From Eledone cirrhosa (Eukaryota): a stretch of 64,000 bases of DNA. The stretch covers positions 6,634,001 to 6,698,000 of the forward strand of contig OZ024759.1 of assembly GCA_964016885.1 (NCBI GenBank), read 5' to 3'. The notes under the pieces are model-generated. The model saw nothing but the letters and a program-made list of their open reading frames with translations. It was not told where the DNA came from and did not search any database. Shown here in pieces: positions 41,597 to 55,554 of this stretch. Positions within the stretch are counted from its first letter, which is position 1. Every line of letters begins with the position of its first letter. The position numbers and the translations under genes were made by a program.

Positions 41597-43760
41597 TCAA
41601 ATAAACAAAAAATAAAACATAGACGTTTGAATTAAAAAAATATAAAGTAAATATATCTTTTGGAACTTTCCAAATGTATCATATCTCGCATCATTGCTGT
41701 CAATAAATAATTTAGCAACTTCTTCACAACTAATCTTTTTCAAAATATCTTTATGAAGGTGGCATATTAGAATATGATTCAAACTTTGCTGAGTCATGGT
41801 CGATCGCAGCTAAGTTTTGAGTCTCCACCGAGCGCTAAAAGATATTACAGCTTCACAAGAACTGGTTGGAAACATTAAAAGTAGCCTGAGAGCAATCTCA
41901 CAACATTTAGAAACATGCGACGGACTTCTGGTTACATTTCACCGAATATTTTACGATGATCCTCGGGAGATGATCCACTATGATGATTTCTATAAAAAAG
42001 TATTTCGTTCCTTAAAGAAAATTCATCAATCTCTGGATACTGCATGATCACTTCAGCACAAAAATTTCCATTGAGTAAAATATTGCTCAATTTTTCATAA
42101 TCTGCTAAATCCTGTGAAAAAAAAATCTTTCAAATTTGATATTGCAGTATCCGCTACCTGCAAATACTGCACTTTGTAATGATTCAAAACAGATCAGTGT
42201 TGATATTTTAACGCATTTCCTTCCTGGTATCTTTTAGGAACTTTTCGTTGCCTGGGTAGCTCCAGAGGAGAAATATCGAGTTGATAAATCATTTTTTCTG
42301 CTGTATTGAACAGCTCCTGAAATGTTTCTTCACTGCGTAGATTTTTGAGCTCCTCCTGCACCTGTTTGACACTATGCAACATGCTACCTAGATTGAAGGT
42401 GGTACTTTGAAAAGATTTGTTCAATCCTTCAAGGAATTGAAGTAATGGAACTACAACGTGTAAACCAAGAACACATTGGCCGGGAGAGTGACACGTAAGA
42501 ATAACATTAGCTCTGGATGCAATGTTGGTGCCAAACTCATTTGTTGCCTCTTGTAAAGAAATGAGGACATCTGAATAATTGTCAAGAAGGGCTTTGACTG
42601 CAGAAAGTTGTGTTAGCCATCGAGTAGGGCACATAGGTTTTAAGGAGCGTGGTGACGATACTTCATTTTCTTCATCATGTTGTGATAAATACGCGTGCTT
42701 AAATTTCCCTGCTGTACTATATAGTTCCACAATTCATTCACGTAATCGAGAGCATTTTTGATAAATGAAGCTTGTTAAACGGACTTAGCTATAATAAGTT
42801 GAGAAATATGAGCTCTGCAGTGCACGTAATGGGTCAGAGGCTGAATCTTCTTTATTTCTGCTTGACAACCAAGATGTTTACCTGCCATATTGGCTGCACC
42901 ATCATATTGAAGATTTTGAATTGGGAATTGAAGGCGTAGAAGTACATCAAGAATCATTTGACAAAGAAATTTACCAGTTGTACTATCGATATTGTAAATT
43001 CCTAAAACATCTTCTTCAATTTCAAAGCAATCATTCACATAACGAACACAAATGACCTCCTGTTCCTTATCCTGAATATCTTGTGTACCATCAATAATTA
43101 TTCCAAACTGCTTAGATTCTTTTTTTCTTTATTATGCCTTTCAAAACCATATGGCTCATTGTTTTTAAAATATCATTTTAGATTTCAGCACTGGTGTAGC
43201 TGTGTTTTCTGTTGAACCAAACTCTTAGCTCATGTACATCTTCACATCGAAGATTTAACAGCTCCATGAAGTTTCTCTCATCACTATGCTTTCCTTGAAT
43301 TGCCATGCTCGGCTAAATACTTCAAAGAAGATATTATCTTAAGCAAAGCGTGCCTTGCTTTATTTTGATTATCACAGTGGGATTGGTTCAAGTTTGACCG
43401 TATACTTTCTTGTTTCTTTTTGAAAAGGATGTTAGATGTCACAAGTTTATGAGTGTTTGACTTTTCATGAGGAACAGATTTTTCGTGAGCCTTTCTCCAG
43501 TTTTTGAAGCATTTTAAAACGAAAACATCAGAGTATTTAGCCAAGTTTATTAGTTTATTTTGATGTGCATATGATACACAAGTGTGACAAACAACTCCTT
43601 TCAATCTAGCATCATAATGCAGCTAGTTGTAGCATCATAATGCAGCTAGTTGTAGCATCATAATGCAGCTAGTTGTAGCATCATAATGCAGCTAGTTGTA
43701 AGCCTGGAACCATTTTGACTGAAACTTCAGTATTTTGTTTGGCAGTTTTTGAAACAATAT
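41597..43760 (-). pseudogene. Decayed hAT transposase (TTF zinc finger, DUF4371/ZMYM1-like, hAT dimerisation domain); element extends to about 44464
   Basis: FQSKWF..LHYD..VCHTC; IIIDGTQDIQDKEQEVICVRYV; YDGAANMAG; HYVHCRAH; LKPMCPTRW; RSTMTQQSLNH; many stops and frameshifts. Confidence 0.9.
43607..43701. repeat. 23-bp tandem repeat (x4) inside the hAT zinc-finger coding region
   Basis: Unit AGCATCATAATGCAGCTAGTTGT. Confidence 0.9.
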
Positions 43761-43799
43761 TAATTCTTAAAATATCCTAAATAAATCCCAAGAAAAAGT

Positions 43800-43925
<126 letters not shown>

Positions 43926-44472
43926 TGTGTGTGCAGAAAAAGCACACTTGAAAAAGATGGTTTTTTATAAGTGTCGTGATCAATGAAAATATCTGAGACG
44001 TTTACGATAGAGGATATACTAGGAAATGACGAAAGCAGTTGAAATTGAAGAGTAGAAAATAAAATTATTTCCATTTCCTTTGTGAGATAAACAATGTATT
44101 GTTTATTTATTTATATTAACTTAGAAAGATACACATAAAAATGTTATACAATTCTCATTCAAATTATTGATGAGTTGATCTTTTTAATTTTTAGCAAATG
44201 GATGTAAATATCGAACGAAATTCAATACCAATTGCAAGTTAGGGTCTATATATATTCAGATAAATATATACACATAAATAAACATGTAAAAATATGTATT
44301 ATACATATGTGTGGCTTGTTAGTGGGATTTTCTTTGTTTTTTTTAATTGGGGAAAAGTAGGGGGACAAAAGATGGTTTGTCCACCGTTCCTGAAAAAGTG
44401 TGTGTGCGTGGGGGGGGGGGGGGGGGGAATTGTCCCCTGGTACCCCGCTGAAACAAGGCCCTTGTATACATA

Positions 44473-44535
<63 letters not shown>

Positions 44536-44584
44536 AAAGAGTGGAGAATAACATGGTCGGCTGTACAAAAAGGGTTTTATTTAC

Positions 44585-44697
44585 AGTATTAACAATTGTT
44601 TCATTGATCAGGTGAGTCTAAAGGCCGCTGATCACTAGAAGTTACGTCACTCGACCTTAAATACAGTGTGCGTCTCTAATCAAATCATCGGAATACC
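44585..44697 (-). ncRNA. Hammerhead variant (CCGATGA) with about 80-nt stem II domain, in the inverted arm of PLE remnant 44531-44915
   Basis: ggtatt-CCGATGA-t TTGATTAG...CTGATCAA t-GAAAC-aatt-GTT-aatact. Confidence 0.65.
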
Positions 44698-44918
44698 GGA
44701 ATACTGTAAATAAACCCTTTTTGTACAGCCGACCATGTTATTCTTCACTCTTTCACTATTATTACTCCAAGAATGACCTACATGGGAATTCTCGTAAACT
44801 CTCCACCTGAGGAAATCTCTTGTTGAGTCAAACAACGCCGTACGTTAAAACTATCCACAATACAGAGTACTCACAACCTCTAACTGGTTTACCTATAACG
44901 ATAACTTGTTATCTCATA

Positions 44919-45071
<153 letters not shown>

Positions 45072-45092
45072 ATATATATATATATATGTATG

Positions 45093-45189
<97 letters not shown>

Positions 45190-45199
45190 TATGTATGTA

Positions 45200-45292
<93 letters not shown>

Positions 45293-45293
45293 G

Positions 45294-45411
<118 letters not shown>

Positions 45412-45553
45412 ATACAGCCAATTTTCCACGCAATACTTTTAGTTAGCACCCCGAACACATAATTGGGAATATAATCACTTATTTCCTAATGTTTGTTGAG
45501 TGAGTTGGAATTTGGCCGGAGTATCGCTAAAAAGCTTTCTCCGATATTGTATT

Positions 45554-45623
<70 letters not shown>

Positions 45624-45741
45624 ATAAGTATTAACGAGGTGTCAAATTTTCATTAAGTTTATTCAGGTGTGATGTGCGTTTCGCGATTGATCAGCTCAAG
45701 GTATCGATCTGGTTCGAAGTTACAATACCTAAATATATATA

Positions 45742-46323
45742 TCTATCTATCTAAGGCGGGTAAAATTCCCGAGATCCATGGACGAGTTCTCTCCAGCGGT
45801 CTCTGTCCCTCATTATCGCTGCCATATCCTGCATCTCCAACAGACCAGTGTCTGTCCTTAGGGCATCAACATATGTTAACCTTGGTCTTCCTCTTCTAGT
45901 GTGTCCATGTAGGGGATCCCAAAGGAGCACTGAGTGCAATGTCAACTCTGGATGTCGGTGAGCATGTCCAGCCAACCTCAGTCTTCTCTGTGTCACTTTT
46001 GAGCTGACTTTTGGGATGCTCCCATACAGCTCTGAGTTTTTCATCCTCAGTGTATACTGATTAATGTTCAGAGCCATCCTCAGCATTCTCGTGTAGCACC
46101 CATCCACCATCTGAGTGTATTTGGGAGCAAAGATTGGGAATACGGAAGATGATGTGGTTGAGAGGAAGAGCAAGGCCTGGGCGGCGTGTCACAGCTTGAG
46201 GTCGGTGTGGAAGTCGGACCTTCGTAGAGACCTGAAAATCCGCCTCTTCATTGCTGTAGTGGAGTCTGTGCTGCTGTACGGGTCTGAGACTTGGACACTG
46301 ACCAAGAGACTCACTCAGATGGT

Positions 46324-46327
<4 letters not shown>
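45742..46327 (-). mobile_element. RTE-like LINE, 5'-truncated with an inverted 5' segment (46115-46327)
   Basis: Plus-strand YLGAKIG...LLYGSETWTLTKRLTQMVD continues on the minus strand as TQMVDGCYTRMLRMAL...; (ATAG)n tail. Confidence 0.9.
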
Positions 46328-46373
<46 letters not shown>

Positions 46374-46500
46374 AAAGTTATATTTAAATTGTTGTGTTAC
46401 AACTAGTAAATATTTATAACTGATATAAAAGCACTCGACAAATATTTGGAGTATATTTACAATATTAAATAAATGGAAACTATATCTATAAAACCATATC

Positions 46501-46566
46501 TATTTCATTATATATATTTCAGGGATAACATATTAACAATATGCTATGCCTTCCTCAGACAAAATA
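46501..46566 (-). ncRNA. Minimal type I hammerhead (left arm)
   Basis: Reverse complement of 48780-48845. Confidence 0.85.
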
Positions 46567-47926
46567 CAATATAAACAGTTTTATAGATAAATAGATTCGA
46601 CATACCGTAAACAACGTCTACTTGCATTTGAGAAGGTTGATTTGGTTGTGACAAAATTGTACACAGAGAGAAAGAAAGAGAGAGAGAAAGAGAGAAAAAA
46701 AAGAGAGAAAAAAGGAAAGAAAGACGGAAAACGAAGAAAAGGAAACGAAGAAATGCATGGAACAAAATAGAGAGATGGAAAGATAGATAAAGAGAAGAAC
46801 TTCATGTAAAGAAACAGAAAGAGATATATATATAGAGAGAGAGGAAATAGAGATAGATACATATATAGAAAGCTAGGTAGTGGGACAACTGTTGAATAAC
46901 GTATTAATGATACATTTATTTATTTATTTATTTATTTAGCTCTAGTATTAATGTAAGGGAGATATATGGAGGGAAAACCAGCTGTTATATAGGGAGAGAA
47001 AAAATATAGAGAGAGAAAAAAAGAGAGAGAGAAAATTCAAAAATATCCAGACACAGGCGAGGTATTAGTATTTACAAAACCAGCCTCTGCATTGCAAATA
47101 TCAGTATTCCTGAATGAGATATGTATCCACAATGTGTGAAAATTAATGATCTTATGTTTAGTTTTTTAAAAAAATTCATATGTTTATGTGATAATTACAA
47201 ACATCTATGTGAAGGTACATGATCAATTCTGCAAACCCTAAGTTCACGGAAAGTATTCTCAATGCGGTATAAAAATTTAAGTATACATATATGTGTATAT
47301 AGAGTCAATATTACTATTTCTGTCTCTACTCTACAAGATTATCTATCAAGCAAAGATAGAGCAGATTTCAATATACTAATAAAAGTAAAAATAAAAATAT
47401 ATCGGAAACAAAACTAAATTAAAAATAACAATAATAATAATAAGTAACAATAAAATAGAAAACTAAGAAATATTACGAAAGAATATTACATATTAAAAAT
47501 ATTACATATTAAAAAATTTACATATTAAAAATATTAAAAATAAAAATTAGGAAATACTACAGTAATAAAAATAAAATAAACCACAAAGATCAACCCTTCA
47601 AAATTAATTGACAATATATTGCCAAGTTCATTATAAACATCAGAGTCGAAAAACAGATAAAGCCAAAAATTATCTATCAAATCGCATCTAGCAAAGATCA
47701 TTTCAAAAAGTATAGGATGCCCAATTTGGTCTACATGTGTTCTTATATTTAATATAGAAGTTTATCTAGTGTAACGTTTATTCGAAATATTTGGAGCCTC
47801 AACTTTTAGGATAGCTTAATTTTTCATGAAGAATGTTTAAATAAATAAAATAAAAATAAAAAGAGTAAAGAGAATCAAAGATTTATCGGCTAGTTTCCCA
47901 TATAATTATAAATCAAACTAATTATA

Positions 47927-48142
47927 CTACATTTTAAATTTAAATTTATATTTAAACGTTGAGTTTAATCTATGTTTGCAACAACTGAATAAATTTGTCC
48001 GTCGATTAAGGGAATTTTTAGATTTTAGTATAAAGAATATCTCCTCTGCGCAGAGGTCACATGTCTCAGAGGATGAATTAAAAGGAATCCCTCTTGAGAC
48101 TATATTCCAAGCCGTCGAATATCTAACGTTATCTAGCTTAAG
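47927..48142 (-). pseudogene. C-terminal 71 codons of a PLE GIY-YIG endonuclease
   Basis: LKLDNVRYSTAWNIVSRGIPFNSSSETCDLCAEEIFFILKSKNSLNRRTNLFSCCKHR...; aligns with the peptide at 6430-6651. Confidence 0.85.
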
Positions 48143-48779
48143 TTGTAATTATCACATAAACATATGAATTTTTTAAAAAACTAAACATAAGATCATTAAT
48201 TTTCACACATTGTGGATACATATCTCATTCAGGAATACTGATATTTGCAATGCAGAGGCTGGTTTTGTAAATACTAATACCTCGCCTGTGTCTGGATATT
48301 TTTGAATTTTCTCTCTCTCTTTTTTTCTCTCTCTATATTTTTTCTCTCCCTATATAACAGCTGGTTTTCCCTCCATTTATCTCCCTTACATTAATACTAG
48401 AGCTAAATAAATAAATAAATAAATAAATAAATGTATCATTGATACGTTATTCAACAGTTGTCCCACTACCTAGCTTTCTATATATGTATCTATCTCTATT
48501 TCCTCTCTCTATATATATATATCTCTTTCTGTTTCTTTACATGAAGTTCTTCTCTTTATCTATCTTTCCATCTCTCTATTTTGTTCCATGCATTTCTTCG
48601 TTTCCTTTTCTTCGTTTTCCGTCTTTCTTTCCTTTTTTCTCTCTTTTTTTTCTCTCTTTCTCTCTCTCTTTCTTTCTCTCTGTGTACAATTTTGTCACAA
48701 CCAAATCAACCTTCTCAAATGCAAGTAGACGTTGTTTACGGTATGTCGAATCTATTTATCTATAAAACTGTTTATATTG

Positions 48780-48845
48780 TATTTTGTCTGAGGAAGGCAT
48801 AGCATATTGTTAATATGTTATCCCTGAAATATATATAATGAAATA
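48780..48845 (+). ncRNA. Minimal type I hammerhead (right arm)
   Basis: tattttgt-CTGAGGA-AGG c ATAGCATATT gtt AATATGTTAT c CCT-GAAA-t atat a-TA-atgaaata; palindromic loop III. Confidence 0.85.
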
Positions 48846-48882
48846 GATATGGTTTTATAGATATAGTTTCCATTTATTTAAT

Positions 48883-49017
<135 letters not shown>

Positions 49018-49126
49018 GTATATATATAGAGGGAGAGAGAGAGAGAGACAGAGAGATGTACACAGAGAGGAAAAGCCAGGTTAAGGGGAAGGTGGATAGA
49101 TAGAGGGGGAGGACGAGACTAGTTTA

Positions 49127-49268
49127 GGGAGGAGGAGGGGAGAGGCAGCAGTGGGAGTATGGAGGAGGGGGGGAGAGGCAGCAGTGGGAGTATGGAGGAG
49201 GGGGGGAGAGGCAGCAGTGGGAGTATGGAGGAGGGGGGGAGAGGCAGCAGTGGGTGTATGGAGGAGGA
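49127..49268. repeat. G-rich 32-33-bp tandem repeat (x4)
   Basis: GGAGGAGGGGGGGAGAGGCAGCAGTGGGAGTAT. Confidence 0.85.
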
Positions 49269-49389
49269 TGAGGAGGGGGATGAAAACAAGCTGATTTATC
49301 TAATTGGAGTAATTATTTTGTGGTAGATTTGATAAAGGACACCTCCACCCTCACCATACTGACCTCCACCTCTCACATACACACACACA

Positions 49390-49421
<32 letters not shown>

Positions 49422-49431
49422 TACACACACA

Positions 49432-49463
<32 letters not shown>

Positions 49464-49473
49464 TACACACACA

Positions 49474-49505
<32 letters not shown>

Positions 49506-49515
49506 TACACACACA

Positions 49516-49630
<115 letters not shown>

Positions 49631-49640
49631 ACACACACAC

Positions 49641-49682
<42 letters not shown>

Positions 49683-49692
49683 ACACACACAC

Positions 49693-49723
<31 letters not shown>

Positions 49724-49737
49724 CATACACACACACA

Positions 49738-49780
<43 letters not shown>

Positions 49781-49891
49781 ACACACACATACACACATAC
49801 ACACACATACACACACACACATATATGTTCATACACACACACACACACGTAAACACATTTAGATAAGCTGCCTCCACATACACACGCACAC

Positions 49892-49930
<39 letters not shown>

Positions 49931-50396
49931 TACACACACATACACACACATACACACACACACATATATGTTCATACACACACACACACATAAACACATT
50001 TAGATAAGCTGCCCCCACATACACACGCACACACACATACATATACACATACACACACACACACACACACATACACACACATACACACACATACACACAC
50101 ACACACACATATATGTTCATACACACACACACACATAAACACATTTAGATAAGCTGCCCCCACATACACACACGCACACACACATATACACGCACACACA
50201 CATCCACACACACACGCACATGCACACACACACATGCGCACACACACACACATACGCACATACACACACATATACATACACACATACAGACACATTCACA
50301 CACGCACACATACACACACACATACGCACATACACACACAGACAGACACATACACACACACACACACACATACACACATATACACACACACGCACA

Positions 50397-50435
<39 letters not shown>

Positions 50436-50515
50436 GCGCATATATATATATATATACACATATATATATAGTTCAGCAGAGCTACTACAGTTTGCAAGGA
50501 GAATATATCACATAC

Positions 50516-50571
50516 CCGGTTATGTATGTCTCTTGGTCTAACATCATAGTGGGGGGGGGGGGCATCCTTAA
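50516..50571 (-). CDS. Candidate host exon C (LRMPPPPTMMLDQETYIT + GG), phase 0-2
   Basis: GTGCCTTAG acceptor, GTATGT donor, in frame with exon B. Confidence 0.45.
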
Positions 50572-51120
50572 CTAAGGCACGACAACAACAATAACAACAA
50601 CAACAACAACACCAATAACTACAACAACAACTACAACAAGCCAAATTATATCTGGGAGTTCTTTTGATAAACAAACCCCGCCCTTCATCATAACTACCCA
50701 CCCCAGTCCAGACCACCCTTTTCACTATAACACCCCCCATCCTAACATACTCCCCACCCTATTTCCTCGTCCAGACCCCACTTGGACCCTACTTTCAACA
50801 GTATCACCCGCACCCTTCCCTGCACTTCCTCTCCATAACATTCACCCCCACCCTACCTACCCTCTCCATCGCCTACAAATTAATAACCAAGTACTTTAGT
50901 TAAGGAGTCGTTATTGACCTTTTATGAGTCTCAGTTACACACCCCACCAGACATTATCTGGGACATCGCCTGGCCTCTATCATCTATCTATATACATATA
51001 TACATACATATATATATATATATACACACACATACATTAAATACATGTATGTATGTATATATATATACATACATGTATTTAATGTATGTGTGTGTATGCA
51101 TGTATGTATATATCTGTATT

Positions 51121-51202
<82 letters not shown>

Positions 51203-51210
51203 ATAGAAGG

Positions 51211-51261
51211 AGCTTCTACAGGACTAGTACTGTTTCATTCAGATGAAATCTTCAGGAAGCT
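51211..51261 (-). ncRNA. Type I hammerhead in the inverted arm of palindromic pLTR remnant 51199-51398
   Basis: agcttc-CTGAAGA-t ttca tc tgaa t-GAAAC-AG tactagtc CT-GTA-gaagct; the plus copy (51267-51311) starts exactly at CTGAAGA. Confidence 0.85.
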
Positions 51262-51397
51262 TTCATCTGAAGATTTCATCTGAATGAAACAGTACTAGTC
51301 CTGTAGAAGCTCCTTCTATAAAATAAAAAATGTTTACTCTGCCATGTATTGAGTACCTTACTTACTGTGGTTATCCCCGACTCAACCCGGGACCTAC

Positions 51398-51462
<65 letters not shown>

Positions 51463-51560
51463 TTTGCACATACACACACACACTCTCTACTCCTTTAGGT
51501 GCCGGCATGACTGTGTGGTTAAGAAGTGAGTGGCCTCGGGATGAATGAAACCCAACTCAC

Positions 51561-51623
51561 ATAAAATCCCATTCGAAACGTTAAAACTAGATTGAATAAC
51601 TCGGTTATTAAATAAAGAATATT
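51561..51623 (-). CDS. Candidate host exon B (NILYLITELFNLVLTFRMGFY), phase 0-0
   Basis: TATTTCTTTGTTAG acceptor, GTGAGT donor, 63 nt open. Confidence 0.55.
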
Positions 51624-51839
51624 CTAACAAAGAAATACGTAGATAAAAGAACAGAAATATAGAATTGAGCTTGATAATGGCGTCGTCGAGAAGAGGGGTG
51701 TGTAGATATAGGAATATATGGTGGTAGGGCGCCGTTTCTGGGGCATTTTAAGACTGGAGGAGCTCAGGTTTGAGTACAGCAGATTTCTTCCAGAGAAAGA
51801 TAGAAAGTGAGAGAGAGGAAATGAGAAAGAGATATAGAG

Positions 51840-51990
51840 GAAGAATCGACCCCAGTACTTGACTGGTACTTTTTTTATCGACCTCGAAAGAATGAAAGGC
51901 AAAGTTGACCTCGGCGGGATTTGAACTCCGTGAACAGTGAGCCAGAACATATGCCATACAGTATTCTATCTGATATTCTAACGGCGCCAT
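51840..51990 (-). mobile_element. CORE-type SINE, diverged
   Basis: GAGTTCAAATCCCGCCGAGGTCAACTTTGCC...AGTACCAGTCAAGTACTGGGGTCGAT. Confidence 0.8.
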
Positions 51991-52529
51991 ACGAATATAA
52001 TGCACAATAATTGGAATACAGGGCTACCATTTTGAAAAGTTTCCAACCGTGTAAACCCTGTCACACTGATCACAATGTTGCCCTTCAAAGTGTTAATGTC
52101 CAGTTATCTGTTTATAAATTTGTTGCTGAGCTTGCAAGCATTGAAAGTTTTGATTTTGGGATTTAAATATTTGTCGAGTTCAGATAAATTTTAGGATCAG
52201 TTTTTTTTCAGTAGTACAGAGGCCACATCCCATACTGAGCTTTACATAAGTCTCTCAACTATCCTATTCTTTTAAGCACCACACATTCATCAAAAGTCTT
52301 ATTACACTGACCGCAGACAACCAGTACTGAACAACATAGACAGCACTGACCATAACAAACATTGACCTGAGACAACACTAACAACAACCAACATTGACCA
52401 CAACCAGCACAATAATGACCACTGTCCATAAACTACACTTATCACTACCAAATCCAATTAACAGTTACCAACACTAACTACAAGACCAACAGCGACCACA
52501 CCAAAGACCAACTAAAGTCAACTGACCAC

Positions 52530-52790
52530 AAGTGACCAACAGTGACCAACAGTGACCAACAGCAACATACATTGACCAAGAGTAACCTACAAAGACCAAA
52601 ATTGACATAGAGTGACTTGCAATGACCTAGAGTGACCAACAATGACCTAGAATGACCTGCAATGACCTAGAATGACCTACAATGCCTAGAGTGACATACA
52701 ATGTCCTAGAGTGACCTACAATGACCTAGAGTGACCTGCAATGACCTAGAATGACCTACAATGTCCTAGAGTGACCTGCAATGACCAGAC
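52530..52790. repeat. 10/20-bp degenerate tandem repeat (AATGACCTAG AGTGACCTAC)
   Basis: Direct inspection. Confidence 0.85.
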
Positions 52791-52909
52791 CTGAGAAAAA
52801 ACTAGCAGTGCACCGGGTGACAAACAGACAGACAGAATATTAGACAGGAAGTCCGTTAATGTTTCCGGTGTTTTAGGGATGTGTAAACCTTCGCTGTACC
52901 ATATGTCGT
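52791..52909 (-). CDS. Candidate host exon A (xDIWYSEGLHIPKTPETLTDFLSNILSVCLSPGALLVFSQ), phase 1-0
   Basis: Long pyrimidine tract plus CTAAACAG acceptor; CAG|GTCTGG donor; 119 nt open and frame-compatible with exon B. Confidence 0.5.
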
Positions 52910-52978
52910 CTGTTTAGTATAGAAGGGGAGGGGGCAGGAAGGAAGGGGGTGGCTGTGTGCGTGCGTGTGTGTTTATGT

Positions 52979-53038
<60 letters not shown>

Positions 53039-53102
53039 TGTTATACGTAAGTACCTTTGAATGTTTCTGCATTTTTATATGGGTATGTACACACACACAC
53101 AC

Positions 53103-53223
<121 letters not shown>

Positions 53224-53445
53224 CATACATACATACATATATACATACATATATATATATGTATATACATACATATATATATAAATATACATACTTACAT
53301 ATATACATATATATATGTATATACATATATATATACATATATATATGTATATACATATATATATATGTATACATACACACACACATATATGGGGTATATA
53401 TATATATATATATACATACATATATATATATACATACATACATAT

Positions 53446-53476
<31 letters not shown>

Positions 53477-53694
53477 CATACATATATACATACATATATA
53501 TATATGTATATACATACATATATATATATGTAAATATACATACATACATATATACATATATATATGTATATACATATATATATACATATATATATGTATA
53601 TACATATATATATATGTATACATACACACACACATATATGGGGTATATATATATATATATATACATACATATATATATATACATACATACATAT

Positions 53695-53741
<47 letters not shown>

Positions 53742-53898
53742 CATATATACATACATATATATATATGTATATACATACATATATATATATGTAAATATAC
53801 ATACATACATATATACATATATATATGTATATACATATATATACACATATATATATGTATATACATATATATATGTATACATACACACACATATATGG

Positions 53899-53982
<84 letters not shown>

Positions 53983-54172
53983 AATGTGTAATTGAGATAG
54001 ACATTGAGATATATAAACATTTAGACAGAGACAGACAGACAGACAGACACAGAGAGACACACAGACAGACAGAGAGACACAGAGAGACACACAGACAGAC
54101 AGACAGACACAGAGAGAGACAGACAGACAGACAGACAGAGAGACACAGAGAGAGACACACAGACAGAGAGAC

Positions 54173-54203
<31 letters not shown>

Positions 54204-54650
54204 GTGACAGGGAATATGGAGCAGGTGTGAAATGGTAAGGTTTAACTTGTAGTAAACGGAGGCCATAATTGGACTATCTTTGATCAGCTGACTTCCTGTA
54301 TTAGAGAAAGAGGCAGCATTGATGGTGGTGGTGGTGGGGATGGTGATGGTGGGGTGATGGGGGGTGATGGAGATGGGGGGGTAGTGGTGGGGATGGAGGT
54401 GGTGGTGGTGGTGGTGGGGTTTGGTAGTGGGGGGGGATGGAGGTGGTGGTGGTGGGGTGGGTTGGTGGTGGTTGGGTGTGGTGGTGGTGGTGGTGGTGGT
54501 GGTGGTGGTGTTGGAGGTGGTGGTGGTAGTGGTGGTGGTGGTGGTGGTAGTGGTGGAGGTGGTGATGATGATGGTGGTGGTGGTGATGATGGTGTTGGTG
54601 GTGGTATTGTTGGAAAATTAAGGTATCAGATCTTGTAAAGGATAACTATT

Positions 54651-54915
54651 ATATGACACTCCCAAAGTATAACAATATATATATATATATATTGTTATAC
54701 TTTGGGAGGATCATGTGTGACGAAAGAACTTTGACAATATATAAAGAACCATCCGGTTGTGGAACCAACCAACCAACCGGAAATTTATAAAATTTATAAT
54801 AAATTGAAGTGAAAACAACTGGTGCGTGTGTTTCTTATTGGAACATGACCCTCCCAAAGTATAACAATATCGGTTTCAACACACGTTTTCAGATAAAGAA
54901 TCTTGCTAAACAAAT
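54651..54915 (+). mobile_element. pLTR-like repeat (30290/33650 family) truncated in hammerhead stem II with a short inversion
   Basis: 54688-54714 is the reverse complement of 54844-54870; the sense copy starts TGTGTGAC-GAAA-gaac-TT-TGAC. Confidence 0.7.
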
Positions 54916-54933
54916 TCAGAAACGATATATATA

Positions 54934-55205
54934 TCTATCACATAAGAGACGGAGAATCAGTGGGGCGACGAATAAAATTATTACAATCGTTTCTCTGGCG
55001 ACCAGCTCGAGGCACGATCGATGTAATGATCGAACCTGACCGTGCCTCGAGCTGGTCGCCAGAGAAACGATTGTAACATGTCTAATAAATCTTATTCGTC
55101 GCACCACTGATTCTCCGTTTCTTATGTGATATTATAATCTGCTCTGTAAGAGCATCGAGTGCTCAAACGGCCTACCGCTTACGGACGCTTTAAGCATCCC
55201 ACACC

Positions 55206-55209
<4 letters not shown>
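54934..55209 (+). mobile_element. PLE pLTR remnant with inverted arms and hammerhead 3' halves
   Basis: Arms about 54937-55020 and 55039-55130; GAAAC-gatt-GTA; GAGTGCTC at 55157; (TA)n from 55210. Confidence 0.7.
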
Positions 55210-55303
<94 letters not shown>

Positions 55304-55507
55304 TTAATTATACTATTTATGGTTATGTAAATACAAAAACCTTTTGCAGTTATATATATTTTTTATACAGACCCTAAATAGTGGTAGGCAGTAATACATT
55401 ACTACCTTATTACCAGTAAGTTAAGTAGCTCAATGTAAAAACATCAGATGATTTACAGAGCAGTTATATGAAATATAAGAATCAAAGAACTGTTCAAAAC
55501 ATTTTTG

Positions 55508-55554
55508 TGCTTACAACTGTTTCCTCCAAACCTCGGTTTGGATTCTTCGGAGCA
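55508..55554 (-). ncRNA. Minimal hammerhead variant (CCGAAGA)
   Basis: tgct-CCGAAGA-a TCCAAACC gag GTTTGGA g-GAAAC-agtt-GTA-agca. Confidence 0.7.
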
